From Mytilus edulis (Eukaryota), in the NCBI RefSeq assembly GCF_963676685.1, contig NC_092356.1, positions 38,254,001 through 38,318,000 of the forward strand: a stretch of 64,000 bases of DNA, in the 5' to 3' direction. Of this stretch, positions 55,001 through 64,000 are shown piece after piece. Below the pieces are notes generated by a model that was not told where the DNA came from, ran no database searches, and was given only the letters and a program-made list of their open reading frames with translations. The position numbers were made by a program, and so were the translations under genes. Numbering within the stretch: position 1 is the first letter of the stretch; each line of letters opens with the position of its first letter.

Positions 55001-58000
55001 AATCCTGAACAGTTGGGACACAATATTTGCACTTGATACAGGTCTGAATTTGGATTGTAATAAATATTTGACCCATAATAACTGTGATCAAAGATTACAT
55101 AGAATTGTTTAAATGATTTGAATGCTGTTGAGAATTGACCCCCCTCCCCCCAAAAAAAATTACCCCCCCCCCCCCCCTTTTTTCACCTTTTTTGGGCAAA
55201 AAAATAAAAATATTTGAAGAAATTTTCTTTTTAATTTTTGAAACCTTAAGAAAAAATTGCCCCCCTTTTTTTTCTGAAAAAAAAAACTCTTTCCCTCAAG
55301 ATATGGTCAAAACCTCAATTTAAATTTCCAATGGAGTTTGTTACCATTATTACCCATTTAATAATTTAAAAGCACTGTAAGGGTGGTAATCTAAACTTCA
55401 AATTTTACTTATAACCATTAACCAGGACACCCTTGTTTTCCTCCTTTTTGTCCCTAATTCCTAAACAGTTTGATCGAGCCATAACCCCGGGCCAAAGCCA
55501 ATCATAACCATCCCTTTCTAGTATGGAATCCTTGTTGTATAATTTCAGAGAGATCCATAGACCAATCCACAAGATATTGTCTGGAAACTAGTAAAAATAT
55601 TATTGGGGCCCATTTTTAGGCCTGTAATTCCTAAACTAGGACCACAACCCCAAAATCAATCCCAACCTTCCTTTTTGTGGTTATAAACCTTGTGTTTCAA
55701 TTTCATAGATTTCTATTCACTTATACTAAAGTTATTGTCTGGAAACTAAATATATTTGGACCACTACAACAACGACAACGATGATACCAATATACCACGG
55801 CAATTTTTTTTTTGTGGTTGTATAATAAGGCAATGTAACATGATAATTCAAGATCAAAATGACACGAAATAAAATATCAAAACATATACAGGTAACTTTG
55901 CAACAACAACTATGAACTTCTCAATGAAATCAAGTTTTTCAAAAGGTATTTTCTCTTGTAAGTGTCTATCCTTTTTCTTTTTCAATAATCATAAAAGTTG
56001 TAAAATCATTTATATCAATAATGAGAACATAATTCAAAAACTTCATTTCCTTATCTTTATATTATGTAAAAAAAAATAATTCTGAAATCATTAACTCACT
56101 TTTCAATATTATTATTTAAATATTTCATTGAACACTAATATTTTTTATTATCAAAATCATTATGTTTCTCAGGCCAATTTCAATAGCTGATAATTTTTTC
56201 CTCGTCTTGAATGACTGAATAAACAGTGGATGTATGAAAAGAGTTTTATTTATGCAATTTCAGTACTTATATAACTATCAAAGTTTTAAAAATATGAGTT
56301 TTATATACTGCAAATTCAGAAATTTTTGCAATGCTTTTATTATTGTTAAATTTTCAAAAGGATCAGCAAGATTAAAAAATTGCATTTTTAATTTTGATAG
56401 AACTTTTGTTATAGCCATTCCCAGAATCCCCTTAAAAACCACACATATCTGAATTTACAGTAATCATCACCTATCTGAAAAAGGAATATGAAAAATATGT
56501 CTCTAAATCATACAATACAAACCATTTGTAAAGTGCCAGAAGGTGAACTTATTAATGATATCATCTACATCACATTGATCATCCAATAAATATGGAGCTA
56601 TGCCAGTATCTTCAAACAGAAGAAGTTTTCCATAATCTGGCAGTGGTAAAGACATCTCTTTGGTCTGTAGCCAGGCTGACAAGGAAAAATCTGAAAAAGG
56701 AAGAAAATGTAATAAAAAGGAATACTGTGGTATAGTATAGATTTCATTGGTAAATGATAAATAAAACTTACTTCTAAAGTATTTAAAAACTTATCAAACT
56801 GTCTGTAACAAAAAGTGTGTAAAAAAAATTATGATTGCACTAGAAGATTTAACAGCATTAAAACATTGTTGAAACATAAGTGCAGTAAACAAAGATTCTT
56901 TATTAGTTTGTCTCATGCCAAAAGCTTGTAGTTTAGTTGTTGTCATTGGTTGATGATTGACAATTTTTTTTGTTAAATGTAATATATAAGCTTATTTCAG
57001 GCCCTTTATGACAGGTTTCCTCTTTAAAATTGTTTTAAATTTTGTTCTCCTTCGGCTTTTTGTAGCTTAAAATTATGTATGAGTTATGGTTATTGCTTTA
57101 TATAATGTATGAGTTGTCCTTGTTGTTAAGGTAGCACAATACAAAGATTTTTTTACTTCCAATCACTAACCTTTGAAATGCTGTAACTTTCTTATGAATG
57201 CATAGAAAATAATAAAAGAGGTATACATAGATAGATAAAAGATTAATCTTTTAAATGAATGCAATATTTTTATTATGCAATCATTATGTAATCAATTATG
57301 ATGTAATTAGTGGCAAAATCTGGGTAAGTTCACTTGAATGAATTTAGCTCTATCATCTCTTTAACTATACAGAAAATTTTAACGAAATCTTAATCAACAC
57401 ATCATGGGCTTCAAAAGGGTGTCTCAGATTGTCTCTATGGTATTCCATTCTCTCATAAATCTCTAATTAGTGTAAACATTCTAACCACATAAATGAAGAT
57501 AATGTTTAATTAGGTGTAAAATTTGTTCTATACATTCTATCTGAAATCTGAGACACCCTTTTGTAGATAATGGCCATAGGAAAAACATATAATAAAATCA
57601 ACCCTCTAGGGATACCTATGCAGAAGCTAATTTCATTTGAAAGTGGAAATTTGGTGAAAAATATTTAAGACACAGTTAACATTATAATTGGTTACATAAT
57701 TGTTGCATAATACTAACATTGCATTAATTTGAAAGAGTAATCTGTTAGCTATTCAAAACTACCACTTTTATAAATTTTCAAGCATTATTAAGAAAGTTAC
57801 AGCATTTTAAAACTTGGGAGTTGGAGTTATAAAATCTTTGTATTGTGCTACCTTAAGGTCATGAAGTGACATGTTGTTGTTCACTGTCTAAAAACAAAGA
57901 CTCACGGAAATTACGCATTCTCTTCAAAGTTTAATCACAAATGAATTTGCTCAAACATGCACTCTTTCTTGAGAGAAGCCGATGGAATTATGGGTACATG

Positions 58001-61000
58001 GTGCCACAACATTTGAATCTATAAGTTAAATTTAACTGCAAGTTAAGTGATTACAAATATAAATCCTAACTACTCCTGAATATAAAATCTAATTTTTGTT
58101 TTTTTAAGGTTTTATTCAAATTGGAGAAAGGATTTTTTACAGCAACTGATAAAAAGTACACATTACTTGACTGATAATAGCTGGTATCCCATGCACACAA
58201 GGCCTTGGTCAGCCAGGTGTTACTAAGTATCTGTGCAGACACATGACAAGTCTTGTTACTCTCAAAGCAAATACTCATGTTCAGGCTGACTAAGTACATG
58301 CTTTCACCACTAAAGTCCTCTATGCTGTAAGACAGACGCAATACACCAGCAAGCCAAAAACTTTCCTGTTCTCCTTTAAAAGAACAAAAACATTATATTT
58401 TTATTTATAGCATTAATTGTAAAGTGACTATGGTGTAAAAAAGCAAAATTGAAACTACAAAACATTGATTTGATGTAAAATGTTAAATAAACAATTTTTA
58501 ACATTCTGTTATTAATTGTTGCTCCTATCTGTTGACCTTGAAATTTAATAGATGTTTAGATACAATTAAACAAATAGAAAATATACCCCATTGGTAGTTT
58601 ATAAGTGAAATGTTTCTGTGAAATTTCTCAATGCCAACAGTAATCATCTGTTTACAAGGATCTATATTGAGGTAAGAATGGAAGGAGTATGGAATAAAGT
58701 CAACATCTAAACAGCATTCTACTTCGGTACAACTGGTATCTAAGTAACAGGTGGTTGGTTCTGGAATCTGTGGAAGGTTTATATTGTTGGCACAACCTGA
58801 AAGTCAGAAAAAAAAGTTCTTCAAATATTTTGTTATTATGAGCACATTGTAGATGTATATATAGCAGGACAGACAGACGAAAGAATGAAAAGACGCACAC
58901 ACAAAAAAGCATAATGCCCCTTGGTAGGGCATAAAAATTACCATAGATATCTAACTATTGCTTCCTACCTTTATTCCATCCCAGGTTACTTGGATAGAAA
59001 GGTGATGATTGTCTTGAGCATTGTTCAACATGTAGGTATGGTGATATCCCAAGACCATTGAGTAGTTCAGAAATCATCCAATCTTCTAACTTTGATCCAG
59101 ATGACAAAGAATGCTCATTATACCAAGTGTCCAAGGAGAATCCTGAACATAAATTGTAAAAAATCATTAATCAATATAGCCAGGTTTTGAACATGTTGAA
59201 AAGGTTGAAATAATAAGATCTTCCTTCCTCCTAGCTGCAGCTTTGGGCAAGCTGTAAATTTAAATGCAGTAAGCAAGTAAAACATATTTCAAAAGATAAC
59301 ATTTCAAAGCTTAAAAAATGATTTATGTATAACTGTTTAAACCGCAGGGCGCAGCTATATACGACCGCAGAGGTTGAACCCTGAATAGTTGGGGCAAGTA
59401 TGGACACAACATTTAAGCTGGATTCAGCTCTAAATTTGGATTGTGATTAAATAGTTGACACAGCATAGGTTTCTGACACAGAATGAATGTGGTCTAATGA
59501 ACTTAAAATATTGTTTTTGTCTTTGAGCAATTCACTATGCTGTTGAATATTAATCCTCTCAAAAAAATATTTGAAGAAATTTTCTTTTTATTTATGAAAT
59601 CTGAAATGAGAAAAATTTACCCCCTCCCCCCCATTTTTTTTCACATCCCCCTTTCCCTTTTTCTAAAACTGATCTCAATTCAAATTCCTAATGGAGTTTG
59701 CAACAATAACTACTCATTTAAATACATCATAAAATATTAAAATGTAAAATAAAGTGCTTGTTATCACTGAATGGTAAAGATTGTTTTAATTTATCAGTTG
59801 GTAGTAAAAGTGAATATACATTGTATATTGTATAAAACAATGATTTAAGTTGATTCAACTACTATTCTGGACAAAGAAAGATAACTCCAATTGAAAATTT
59901 CTTGCTATTGCACAATATTGTGCAATTAGATATTTCTTGCTATTGCGCAATACTGTGCAACTGAAAATATTTGCTATTGCACAATGCTATTGCTGAATAC
60001 TTAATATAATAATTTTGGATCCTGATTTGAACCAACTTGAAAACTGGGCCCATAATCAAAAATCGAAGTACATTTTTAGATTCAGCATATCAAAGAACCC
60101 CAAGGATTCAATTTTTTGGACCTTAATGTAGACCAATTAGAAAACGGGACCAAAAATTAAGAATCTACATACACAGTTAGATTCGGCATATCAAAGAACC
60201 CCAATTATTCAATTTTTGATGAAATCAAACAAAGTTCAATTTTGGACCCTTTGGGCCCCTTATTCCTAAACTGTTGGGACCAAACCTCCCAAAATCAAAC
60301 CCAACCTTCCTTTTATGGTCATTAACCTTGTGTTTAAATTTCATAGATTTCTATTTACTTATACTAAAGTTATGGTGCAAAAACCAAGAATAATGCTTAT
60401 TTGGGCCCCTTTTTGGCCCCTAATTCCTAAACTGTTGGGACCAAAACTCCCAAAATCAATCCCAACCTTCCTTTTGTGTTCATAAACCTTGTGTTTAAAT
60501 TTCATTGATTTCTATTTACTTATACTAAAGTTATTGTACGAAAACCAAGAATAATGCTTATTTGGGCCCTTTTTTGGCCCCTAACTCCTAAACTGTTGGA
60601 ACCAAAACTCCCAAAATCAATCCCAACCTTTCTTTTGTGGTCATAAACCTTGTGTCAAAATTTCATAGATTTCAATTTAGGGCTATTCCAAAAAAAAATG
60701 TATGGAGGGGTTGGAAGGCAGTTTTTGTCAGCACCCGCCACCCAGACAATTGTAATTGAGAATTATAGTGCATTAAAGTGTGAAAAGTTGCTCTGATACC
60801 CATCACCCATGTATTATTAATACAATGTGCCTTCCAAACACCCCCCCCCCCCCCCCTACATTTTTTTCTGGAATAGCCCTTACTTAAACTAAAGTTATAG
60901 TGCGAAAACCAAGAAAATGCTCATTTGGGCCCTTTTTGGCCCCTTATTCCTAAAATGTTGGGACCAAAACTCCCAAAATCAATCCCAACCTTCCCTTTGT

Positions 61001-63034
61001 GGTCATAAACCTTGTGTTAAAATTTCATAGATTTCTATTCACTTTTACTAAAGTTAGAGTGCGAAAACTAAAAGTTTTCGGACGACGACAACGACGACGA
61101 CGACGCCAACGTGATAGCAATATACGACGAAAAATTAAAATTTTGAGGTCGTATAAAAATTCAGAAAGAAGTACATTTTTAACAAAGCATTGTTGTGGGC
61201 ACATTCTTTCAAAATTCAATATCTAGAATACACATTTCTACCTTTTACCATAACTGTATATCATATGTTCAAACAATTTGAAAACAAACTATTTTTCAGT
61301 TGAAGAGCTTTGTTTTTCTAATAAGTGATATATTCCTTGCATGTTTTAAACTTAACATTAAATTACCAGGAGTAACAAATCCACTATTCCAATCACACTG
61401 CATTTTGGGAAGTTTTGTATTTTGTAGAATGGTAAACTGATGGTCACACTGAGGCTCTGTACTTTCATAGCAAAACTGAATTTTCATATTTACTAAGTAG
61501 TACATCTCAGTATACAAGTCTTCTATACTGTATCTGAAATAGTGATTTATGAAAGTATTAACTATCCAACTTGTTTTTTCTTTAGATTAATACTTTTTAA
61601 ATTTCTGCCCTTTCATTTAATGCTACTTAAATTTCAATATTCATGGTAAAAAATGCAACAATTCAATACTGGCTATAAACTTATGCCATAGTCTAACACT
61701 AGCAATTATATAAAAACATGCAATTAAATTCAAACACAAATAGTATAACATCAACATTATCTCTAGAAGACTTCTTAAATTTATTGAATATATATCCTGA
61801 TTTATACAAGTATTCCTCAATTCATCAAAAAACTCAAACAATAATGTAATTGATCTGGTAATTTACTTACTGAACTTGAATTAATCCCTGTAAGCTGAAG
61901 GAATAGTAAGTCCCTAAGATAAAAAAATAAATAAAAAGGCTTGAACAAGATATACATTAAAGTTGAACAGTCAAATTTGTTTTCATCTTGCATGTATATA
62001 AACATCAAATCTTTAATGTTACAAAATAAAGTGGTTTATTTAAATAAGTAAATTTCATGGTCTCTTATGAGCTCATTTGCAAAAAAGTGTTTAGCAGTAT
62101 GATGTTTCCAGAATGATTTTTTTCTTTCTTTAATGTTGATGTCCTTTCCAAATTGTCAATCTTAATTATGAGTTTTACCAACAGTTAATATAATTTTAAG
62201 ATAAGGTAACTCATGTCAACCAGGTTCAAGTTAAAGTCAGAGTATTCACAAGAAGTATTTACATAGTAAAAAAATATTTATAGAAGAATGTGTCCCCAGT
62301 ACATGGATGCCCCATTTGCACTATCATTTTCTATGTTAAGTGGACCTTGAAATTGGGGTTAATTAACTCTAATTTGTCATTAAAATTAAAAATCATTATA
62401 TTATAGGGAACATGTGTACCAAGTTTGAAGTTGATGGGACTTCAACTTCTTCAAAACTACCTTGACAAAAAAATTTAACCTGAAGCGGGACAGACAGACA
62501 GATGCACAGACCGAAAACATAATGCCACTCTACTATCATAGGTGGGGCATAAAAAACTCTTTAAGTGCTAGGTAATAACCTTCATCTGATATAATATTCA
62601 TATATATATAATTAATATTCGTTGTTAATAGTGATTTCAAGACTAAAGAATTGATTAAACACATCAATTATATACTTTAATTAAATTTGAAATATTATTA
62701 TACATTTTGTTTGTCACATCATGTTGTAACAGAGCTAGCCTTCTATGGTATGTTTATATTTTGCATTTTGTAATGTTCCATTAAAATATAGAAAGTCTTT
62801 AATTCACACCTGTTTTTATCTTACCTAATTTGAAATCCAGTAAAGTGTCATTGTATTGTATTTTCTCTATACTGATACTTAGTTTCCTGTTACAGCTGTC
62901 CAACAGAAATGAGATTTCAAATGTCTGTTGTAATAAAGTATTCATAACACAACACTGAATCCCTGTGCAGGTATCAGTGATATAACAGGAAACATCTGAT
63001 GGTAACATCGGCAAAGACATTTTCATAGCACAAC
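817..63034 (-). CDS. Giant multi-exon gene (partial, open at both ends): uncharacterised Cys-rich-repeat / FN3-like / PAN-apple extracellular protein
   Basis: 38 exons with GT-AG boundaries and matching phases: 62825-63034, 61871-61913, 61367-61533, 58969-59142, 58587-58796, 58167-58373, 56523-56690, 54721-54927, 54057-54099, 53341-53504, 51480-51653, 50057-50266, 49096-49138, 48493-48647, 48001-48156, 47438-47653, 46830-46872, 44660-44820, 43408-43581, 42948-43166, 41033-41075, 39948-40117, 36859-37110, 35616-35826, 32302-32404, 30715-30868, 15659-15885, 13540-13696, 12209-12437, 11287-11500, 9896-10090, 9444-9750, 4682-5095, 3634-3760, 3071-3165, 2182-2367, 1791-1971, 817-983. Total 6,576 nt (2,192 codons), no stop seen. 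Confidence 0.88.
6085..6325. repeat. Imperfect ~68-bp tandem repeat x ~4
   Basis: gtcaagactacctaaatgatctacagtatccaatgact recurs. Confidence 0.75.
6697..7032. mobile_element. MITE with ~48-bp TIR and possible 4-bp TSD TTCT
   Basis: aacagtctattatttgaacttggaattattttta / taaaaataattccaagttcaaataatagcctgtt. Confidence 0.7.
7465..7940 (+). mobile_element. Degenerate 3' fragment of a CR1/L2-group LINE ORF2
   Basis: Frameshifted translation YGAIVCDP..KINKLERIH / KFITRDYKSREDGYVSKMLAKLEL matches the post-RT motif (EY...VWDP...I.KLE.VQR.AARF) of these LINEs. Confidence 0.65.
10268..10402. repeat. 17-bp minisatellite (AATTGAATAAGAATATY) x ~8
   Basis: Direct tandem array. Confidence 0.9.
10699..11226. 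mobile_element. Long-TIR (~140 bp) palindromic MITE in TA context
   Basis: attctaccactgcatc..aaatttaactgtcgagagtggataaatat..tctgtttctctaatgat is mirrored at ~11118-11224. Confidence 0.7.
11287..32404 (-). CDS. Host gene, Cys-free middle region (32302-32404, 30715-30868, 15659-15885, 13540-13696, 12209-12437, 11287-11500): helical then amphipathic beta-strand segment
   Basis: Phases join in frame: PKVSDFKTGMR..KKYE / NNLIQQNLKG..SVTG / GDVIQSMLG..LFKAL / LSEFLTEIVGG..VTLHF / KVGAGIYFGVDLRVGVNIMG..PLDVG / IVMDLVMIP..PGTER. Confidence 0.82.
15157..15202 (-). ncRNA. Type I hammerhead ribozyme of a non-LTR retrozyme (element ~15110-15307)
   Basis: Minus strand GAGCGUCA-CUGAUGA-GUC uuuugua GAC-GAAA-C gcgc GUC-UAGCGUA: full core, palindromic loop III, one C-A mismatch in stem I. 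Confidence 0.8.
15946..20975. mobile_element. Probable non-autonomous/decayed TTAA (Kolobok-type) element, ~5.0 kb
   Basis: TTAA|GGTGACTTCCGATACTAAGGGAGATAAC ... GTAGGGATCCACC|TTAA. Imperfect TIR. The left end resembles the 49768-50041 MITE end (AGGGAGATAAC); the right end carries the GGTGAC-N51-GCAAA motif. No recognisable ORF. Confidence 0.6.
21240..21329 (+). promoter_or_regulatory. CpG-rich putative transposase promoter just inside left TIR
   Basis: Dense CpGs in a CpG-poor window, a TGACGTC (CRE-like) site and AAAATGGCGGC (YY1-like) overlapping the ATG. Confidence 0.45.
21319..27437 (+). CDS. Spliced transposase gene: Zn-binding CxxC..CxC N-terminus + DDE (Kolobok/'Mutator-like') transposase + DEDDh 3'-5' exonuclease + PML/Plex9-like C-terminus, ~868 aa
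   Basis: Exons 21319-21718 (AG|GTAAGA, phase 1), 24533-24725 (tttatag|; AG|GTATGT, phase 2), 25424-27437 (tttgtag|) splice in frame. An alternative ATG at 21283 gives 880 aa. Transposase motifs: NSKAAVAMYDTGLG, YDMGWQKRGSG..SGVGTLIG..TGKV..CRVC..HKC..NW.GSAKGME, IMDDD, DTNH, HLYKEHDLC..WC, EVESFHS. Exonuclease motifs: ExoI YFDLETT, ExoII GHNCRRFD, ExoIII HNASED. Confidence 0.9.
23440..24062 (+). repeat. Helentron-like repeat nested in transposase intron 1
   Basis: Imperfect tandem units (gaaaatgaggtc..), (GCC)n and 3' hairpin gtcga..tcgac. Confidence 0.55.
31545..31817. mobile_element. Mutator-like MITE (273 bp) nested in a pearl/Helentron-like repeat
   Basis: 9-bp TSD CAAAAACTA (31536-31544 and 31818-31826); 20-bp TIR TAACCCAAATAATTCAGTCC / TTACCTGAATAATTCAGTCC. 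Confidence 0.78.
32475..34685 (+). repeat. Helentron-like element carrying ~39-bp palindromic repeats and ~4 tandem ~160-bp units
   Basis: 5' block tatacgaccgcagaggttgaaccctgaa; TTGCACAATA(C/T)TGTGCAA repeats 33468-33705; units spaced 161/161/158 bp; (GAC)n near the 3' end. Confidence 0.8.
32822..33412. mobile_element. Kolobok-type MITE (591 bp) nested in a Helentron-like element
   Basis: TIR GGAGGTATGGGTGTCT / GGTGGTATGGGAGTCT (14/16), inserted at TTAA. The empty site (caatgatttaagttgattc) is visible in the sister copy near 59838-59857. Confidence 0.8.
35616..43166 (-). CDS. Host gene, repeat unit 6 and terminal variant unit 7 ending in KKRRRR (42948-43166, 41033-41075, 39948-40117, 36859-37110, 35616-35826)
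   Basis: CTKLNI..VCHITETCDRVTCC..TCDYLL..YEWG / KQEKVEIHGVLQL / YAIHH..ACFEGNSSVC..ECD / ISFDLW..VCTYTSDCQGIRCC..SC / ..VCYLADGFC..FACSSFIGKKRRRRATTE. Confidence 0.83.
36006..36290 (+). repeat. pearl/Helentron-like (HINE) short element, full copy; other copies ~21173-21218+30547-30700 (split), 31329-31951, 50906-51200, 51739-51993, 62283-62555, partial 58862-58937
   Basis: Shared core acaagaatgtgtccccagtacac..attagaaagatcatatcatagggaacatg..aaaactttaacctgaagcgggacaga, (GACG/GACA)n microsatellite and 3' stem-loop atgcccc..ggggcat. Confidence 0.8.
38283..38555 (+). repeat. Abundant SINE-like interspersed repeat (best copy); others ~5470-5590, 23275-23405, 25150-25270, 27810-28058, 37470-37740, 40690-40935, 48750-48960; inverted ~12540-12760
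   Basis: Shared ..ggtatgggctttgctcattgttgaaggc..tgacctatagtt..ctcattggcaatcataccacatcttc. Confidence 0.75.
38662..39834. mobile_element. PIF/Harbinger-like non-autonomous element (1,173 bp)
   Basis: TAA TSD; ~33-bp TIR GGCCAA(C/T)TAAAATTAAT..GATTTTCATCC. Confidence 0.8.
41387..42027 (+). repeat. Helentron-like element with 168-bp tandem units; second copy ~43815-44427
   Basis: Units ..agtgttcggtaaacaggaagttgtcaagtgatgaatctgaaaacgcatcacacgg.. spaced 168 bp; GACG/GACT microsatellite; 3' hairpin tataccccc..gggggtata. Confidence 0.82.
43408..47653 (-). CDS. Host gene, repeat unit 5 (A 47438-47653, B 46830-46872, C 44660-44820, D 43408-43581)
   Basis: CENADV..SCFISENCQSVECC..QCRNNLKLEID..SYG / NLYTFGLLGIVNI / YMIE..VCMEPNNDCE..SCD / FSLEDWL..LGLSDYM..ICD..NGWKN. 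Confidence 0.85.
45808..46730 (+). repeat. Interspersed repeat; related inverted fragment ~52190-52312
   Basis: aaaaagtaaaatcacaaaaa..atggcaaaa..catca..atgga..actgtcat.ttcctga matches the reverse complement of 52190-52312. Confidence 0.55.
48001..50266 (-). CDS. Host gene, repeat unit 4 (A 50057-50266, B 49096-49138, C 48493-48647, D 48001-48156)
   Basis: CTDDEDLPALSGEITCNMGYTCDTVSCC..DHCNRKLTLQLER..YTWG / TLKKHGLVGVLRT / IVVYNLAAENSY..VCLEANSTC..FCD / FSLATWL..LKIDQFL..PC. Confidence 0.85.
48965..49047 (-). pseudogene. Decayed partial duplicate of host exon 48493-48647
   Basis: agcaggtac.attt.ctt.cag.caca.caaa.tgtt.aaatacaccatataactattt..gctgc is present at both ~48562-48628 and ~48970-49037; the copy has indels and lacks the splice sites. 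Confidence 0.75.
49768..50041. mobile_element. Kolobok-type MITE (274 bp)
   Basis: TTAA TSD on both sides; TIR GGTGGTACC(C/T)AACACT 15/16. Confidence 0.85.
51480..54927 (-). CDS. Host gene, repeat unit 3 (A 54721-54927, B 54057-54099, C 53341-53504, D 51480-51653)
   Basis: CPLVTPAMPYIDIPCHLSALCTSIECC..DPCSYVVTVGID..FSFG / TVKKFSLAGIVNI / LSIHYL..ICTESQGTCE..LPILQC / FSISKW..LGLSYYL..RC..NGWKS. Confidence 0.85.
53150..53312. repeat. Long hairpin (terminal palindrome of a non-autonomous element); similar fold-back elements at ~4393-4620 and ~42665-42917 (mutually homologous, inverted)
   Basis: aattcatggaagccatagattgttgaaaattt.acatggcct / aggccatgtgtaaatttccaacaatctatggcttccatgaatt. Confidence 0.65.
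56523..58796 (-). CDS. Host gene, repeat unit 2 (A 58587-58796, fused B+C 58167-58373, D 56523-56690)
   Basis: CANNINLPQIPEPTTCYLDTSCTEVECC..DPCKQMITVGIEK..YQWG / EQESFWLAGVLRLSYSIEDF..CFES..C..CAW / FSLSAWL..GIAPYL..QC. Confidence 0.85.
57130..57852. mobile_element. Kolobok-type non-autonomous element (723 bp)
   Basis: TTAA TSD on both sides; perfect 22-bp TIR GGTAGCACAATACAAAGATTTT. Confidence 0.88.
58969..63034 (-). CDS. Host gene, Cys-rich repeat unit 1 (exons A 62825-63034, B 61871-61913, C 61367-61533, D 58969-59142)
   Basis: CAMKMSLPMLPSDVSCYITDTCTGIQCC..DSCNRKLSISIEK..FKLG / TYYSFSLQGLIQV / YSIEDL..CYES..CD..LPKMQCDW / FSLDTW..LGISPYL..C..GWNK. Confidence 0.85.
59335..61157 (+). repeat. 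Second near-full copy of the same Helentron-like/satellite element; shorter copies ~45245-45680 and ~54965-55825
   Basis: High identity to 32475-34685; 3' hairpin tatacgac..gtcgtata. Confidence 0.8.
60680..60879. mobile_element. Harbinger/Tourist-like MITE (200 bp) inside a ~160-bp tandem unit
   Basis: TTA TSD; TIR GGGCTATTCCA.AAAAAAATGTA; removal restores the host repeat unit. Confidence 0.82.
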
Positions 63035-63189
63035 CTACAAAATACCACAAGTCTTATTAAATCTTTTTGTATAGAAAAATATCAATGTATTACATCGACA
63101 GAATTTGTGTTTTATTTTCATTTTTATGAAAAGGCTTAACAGAAAACTGTTAATTCAGAAATTATTGCATATATCTATTATTGCAATTG

Positions 63190-63908
63190 CAGACCTGCCA
63201 ACTTTTAAAAATCTCCATGGGGGATTTAGTGCGCGACCAGATTTTTAAGGGACAATTTTTGTGGCATTTCTGTGTGCAATGTTTTTTACTCTTGCTTTCT
63301 TTAATTTGCATGATTCTTGTACTTATTCTAAAATTGACAAAATAACTTTAGAATAGAGAAAAATGGCATTAAAAAGTAAAGGATACTAAGTGAAAACCCC
63401 CCTTTCCCCCCTTTCGTCAAACATACTATATGGCTATATAATATATCATTGGATTCAGAAAAATGAGTACTTTTATAATATTGTTGTCCTCAAAAAGAAA
63501 TGTGGTAACAGTTTTGCATGAAATAAGGTTAAAGATCAAATTCTGTGTTTTCCTTTTTTTTCTTCCATTCTTTTAAAATTTGAAGATATATACACCAATC
63601 TAGGTTAATATTCAGATACAGACATGTTTTCAAATCAATTAACAATGAATTATCTCGAAAATGTAAAAAAAATGAATTAGGAAATTGATTTATTCTTGTA
63701 ATTGGCGTTTTTCAAAACTTGGTTTATTCTACAAAATTTCTGTTAAAATTGATCAGAAAAACTTCAAAATCGGTAACCAACTATAATTTTCGGGGATATT
63801 TTGTGAAAAAAGGGATTTTGACTTATTTTACGATCCCGATATCGGGATTCAGATTGAGGGATTAAAATCAGGATGATATTGCGAAACTCAGGATAGTTGG
63901 CAGGTCTG
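63190..63908. mobile_element. Non-autonomous TIR element with CAG termini (hAT-like), 6-bp flanking CAATTG
   Basis: TIR CAGACCTGCCAACT; CAATTG on both sides; repeated subterminal GGGAT motifs. Confidence 0.72.
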
Positions 63909-64000
63909 CAATTGTTGAACTGTGGGTTTTAAAGAACGAGAAAATAATTAAAAACCACTTGTTCAGAGAACAAGGTCTTTCCACCACTGACAATATATTT

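Noticed and set aside
60999-61226. Arg-rich ORFs on both strands
   Set aside because: Produced by the (GAC)n microsatellite at the end of the Helentron-like repeat.

Overview
AT-rich eukaryotic (animal) genomic DNA. The repeat families (hammerhead-bearing retrozyme, pearl/Helentron-like elements, ~160-bp tandem units) point to a bivalve, most likely Mytilus; this is an inference. Three layers are visible. (1) The minus strand carries 38 phase-consistent GT-AG exons (63034 to 817; 6,576 nt, ~2,190 codons, open at both ends) of a giant uncharacterised extracellular-type protein. It has ~7 copies of a ~200-aa Cys-rich repeat, a polybasic furin-like site, an amphipathic beta-strand region, a second basic site, FN3-like modules and a PAN/apple domain. 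(2) Its largest intron (15886-30714) is almost entirely two TTAA-flanked DNA transposons. One (21219-30546) is apparently intact: perfect 17-bp TIRs, RR..YY termini (Kolobok-type), and a 3-exon gene for an ~868-aa protein fusing a DDE transposase to a DEDDh 3'-5' exonuclease with a PML/Plex9-like tail. This is the most interesting system in the window. (3) The introns also hold several non-autonomous TTAA elements (the 15946 and 32822 elements share a fixed-spacing subterminal motif with the autonomous one), Harbinger-, Mutator- and hAT-like MITEs (some nested, with reconstructable empty sites), two intact-looking hammerhead ribozymes and one decayed one, a LINE fragment, SINE-like repeats and satellite-like arrays. 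All coordinates were read by eye, and no database search was run.
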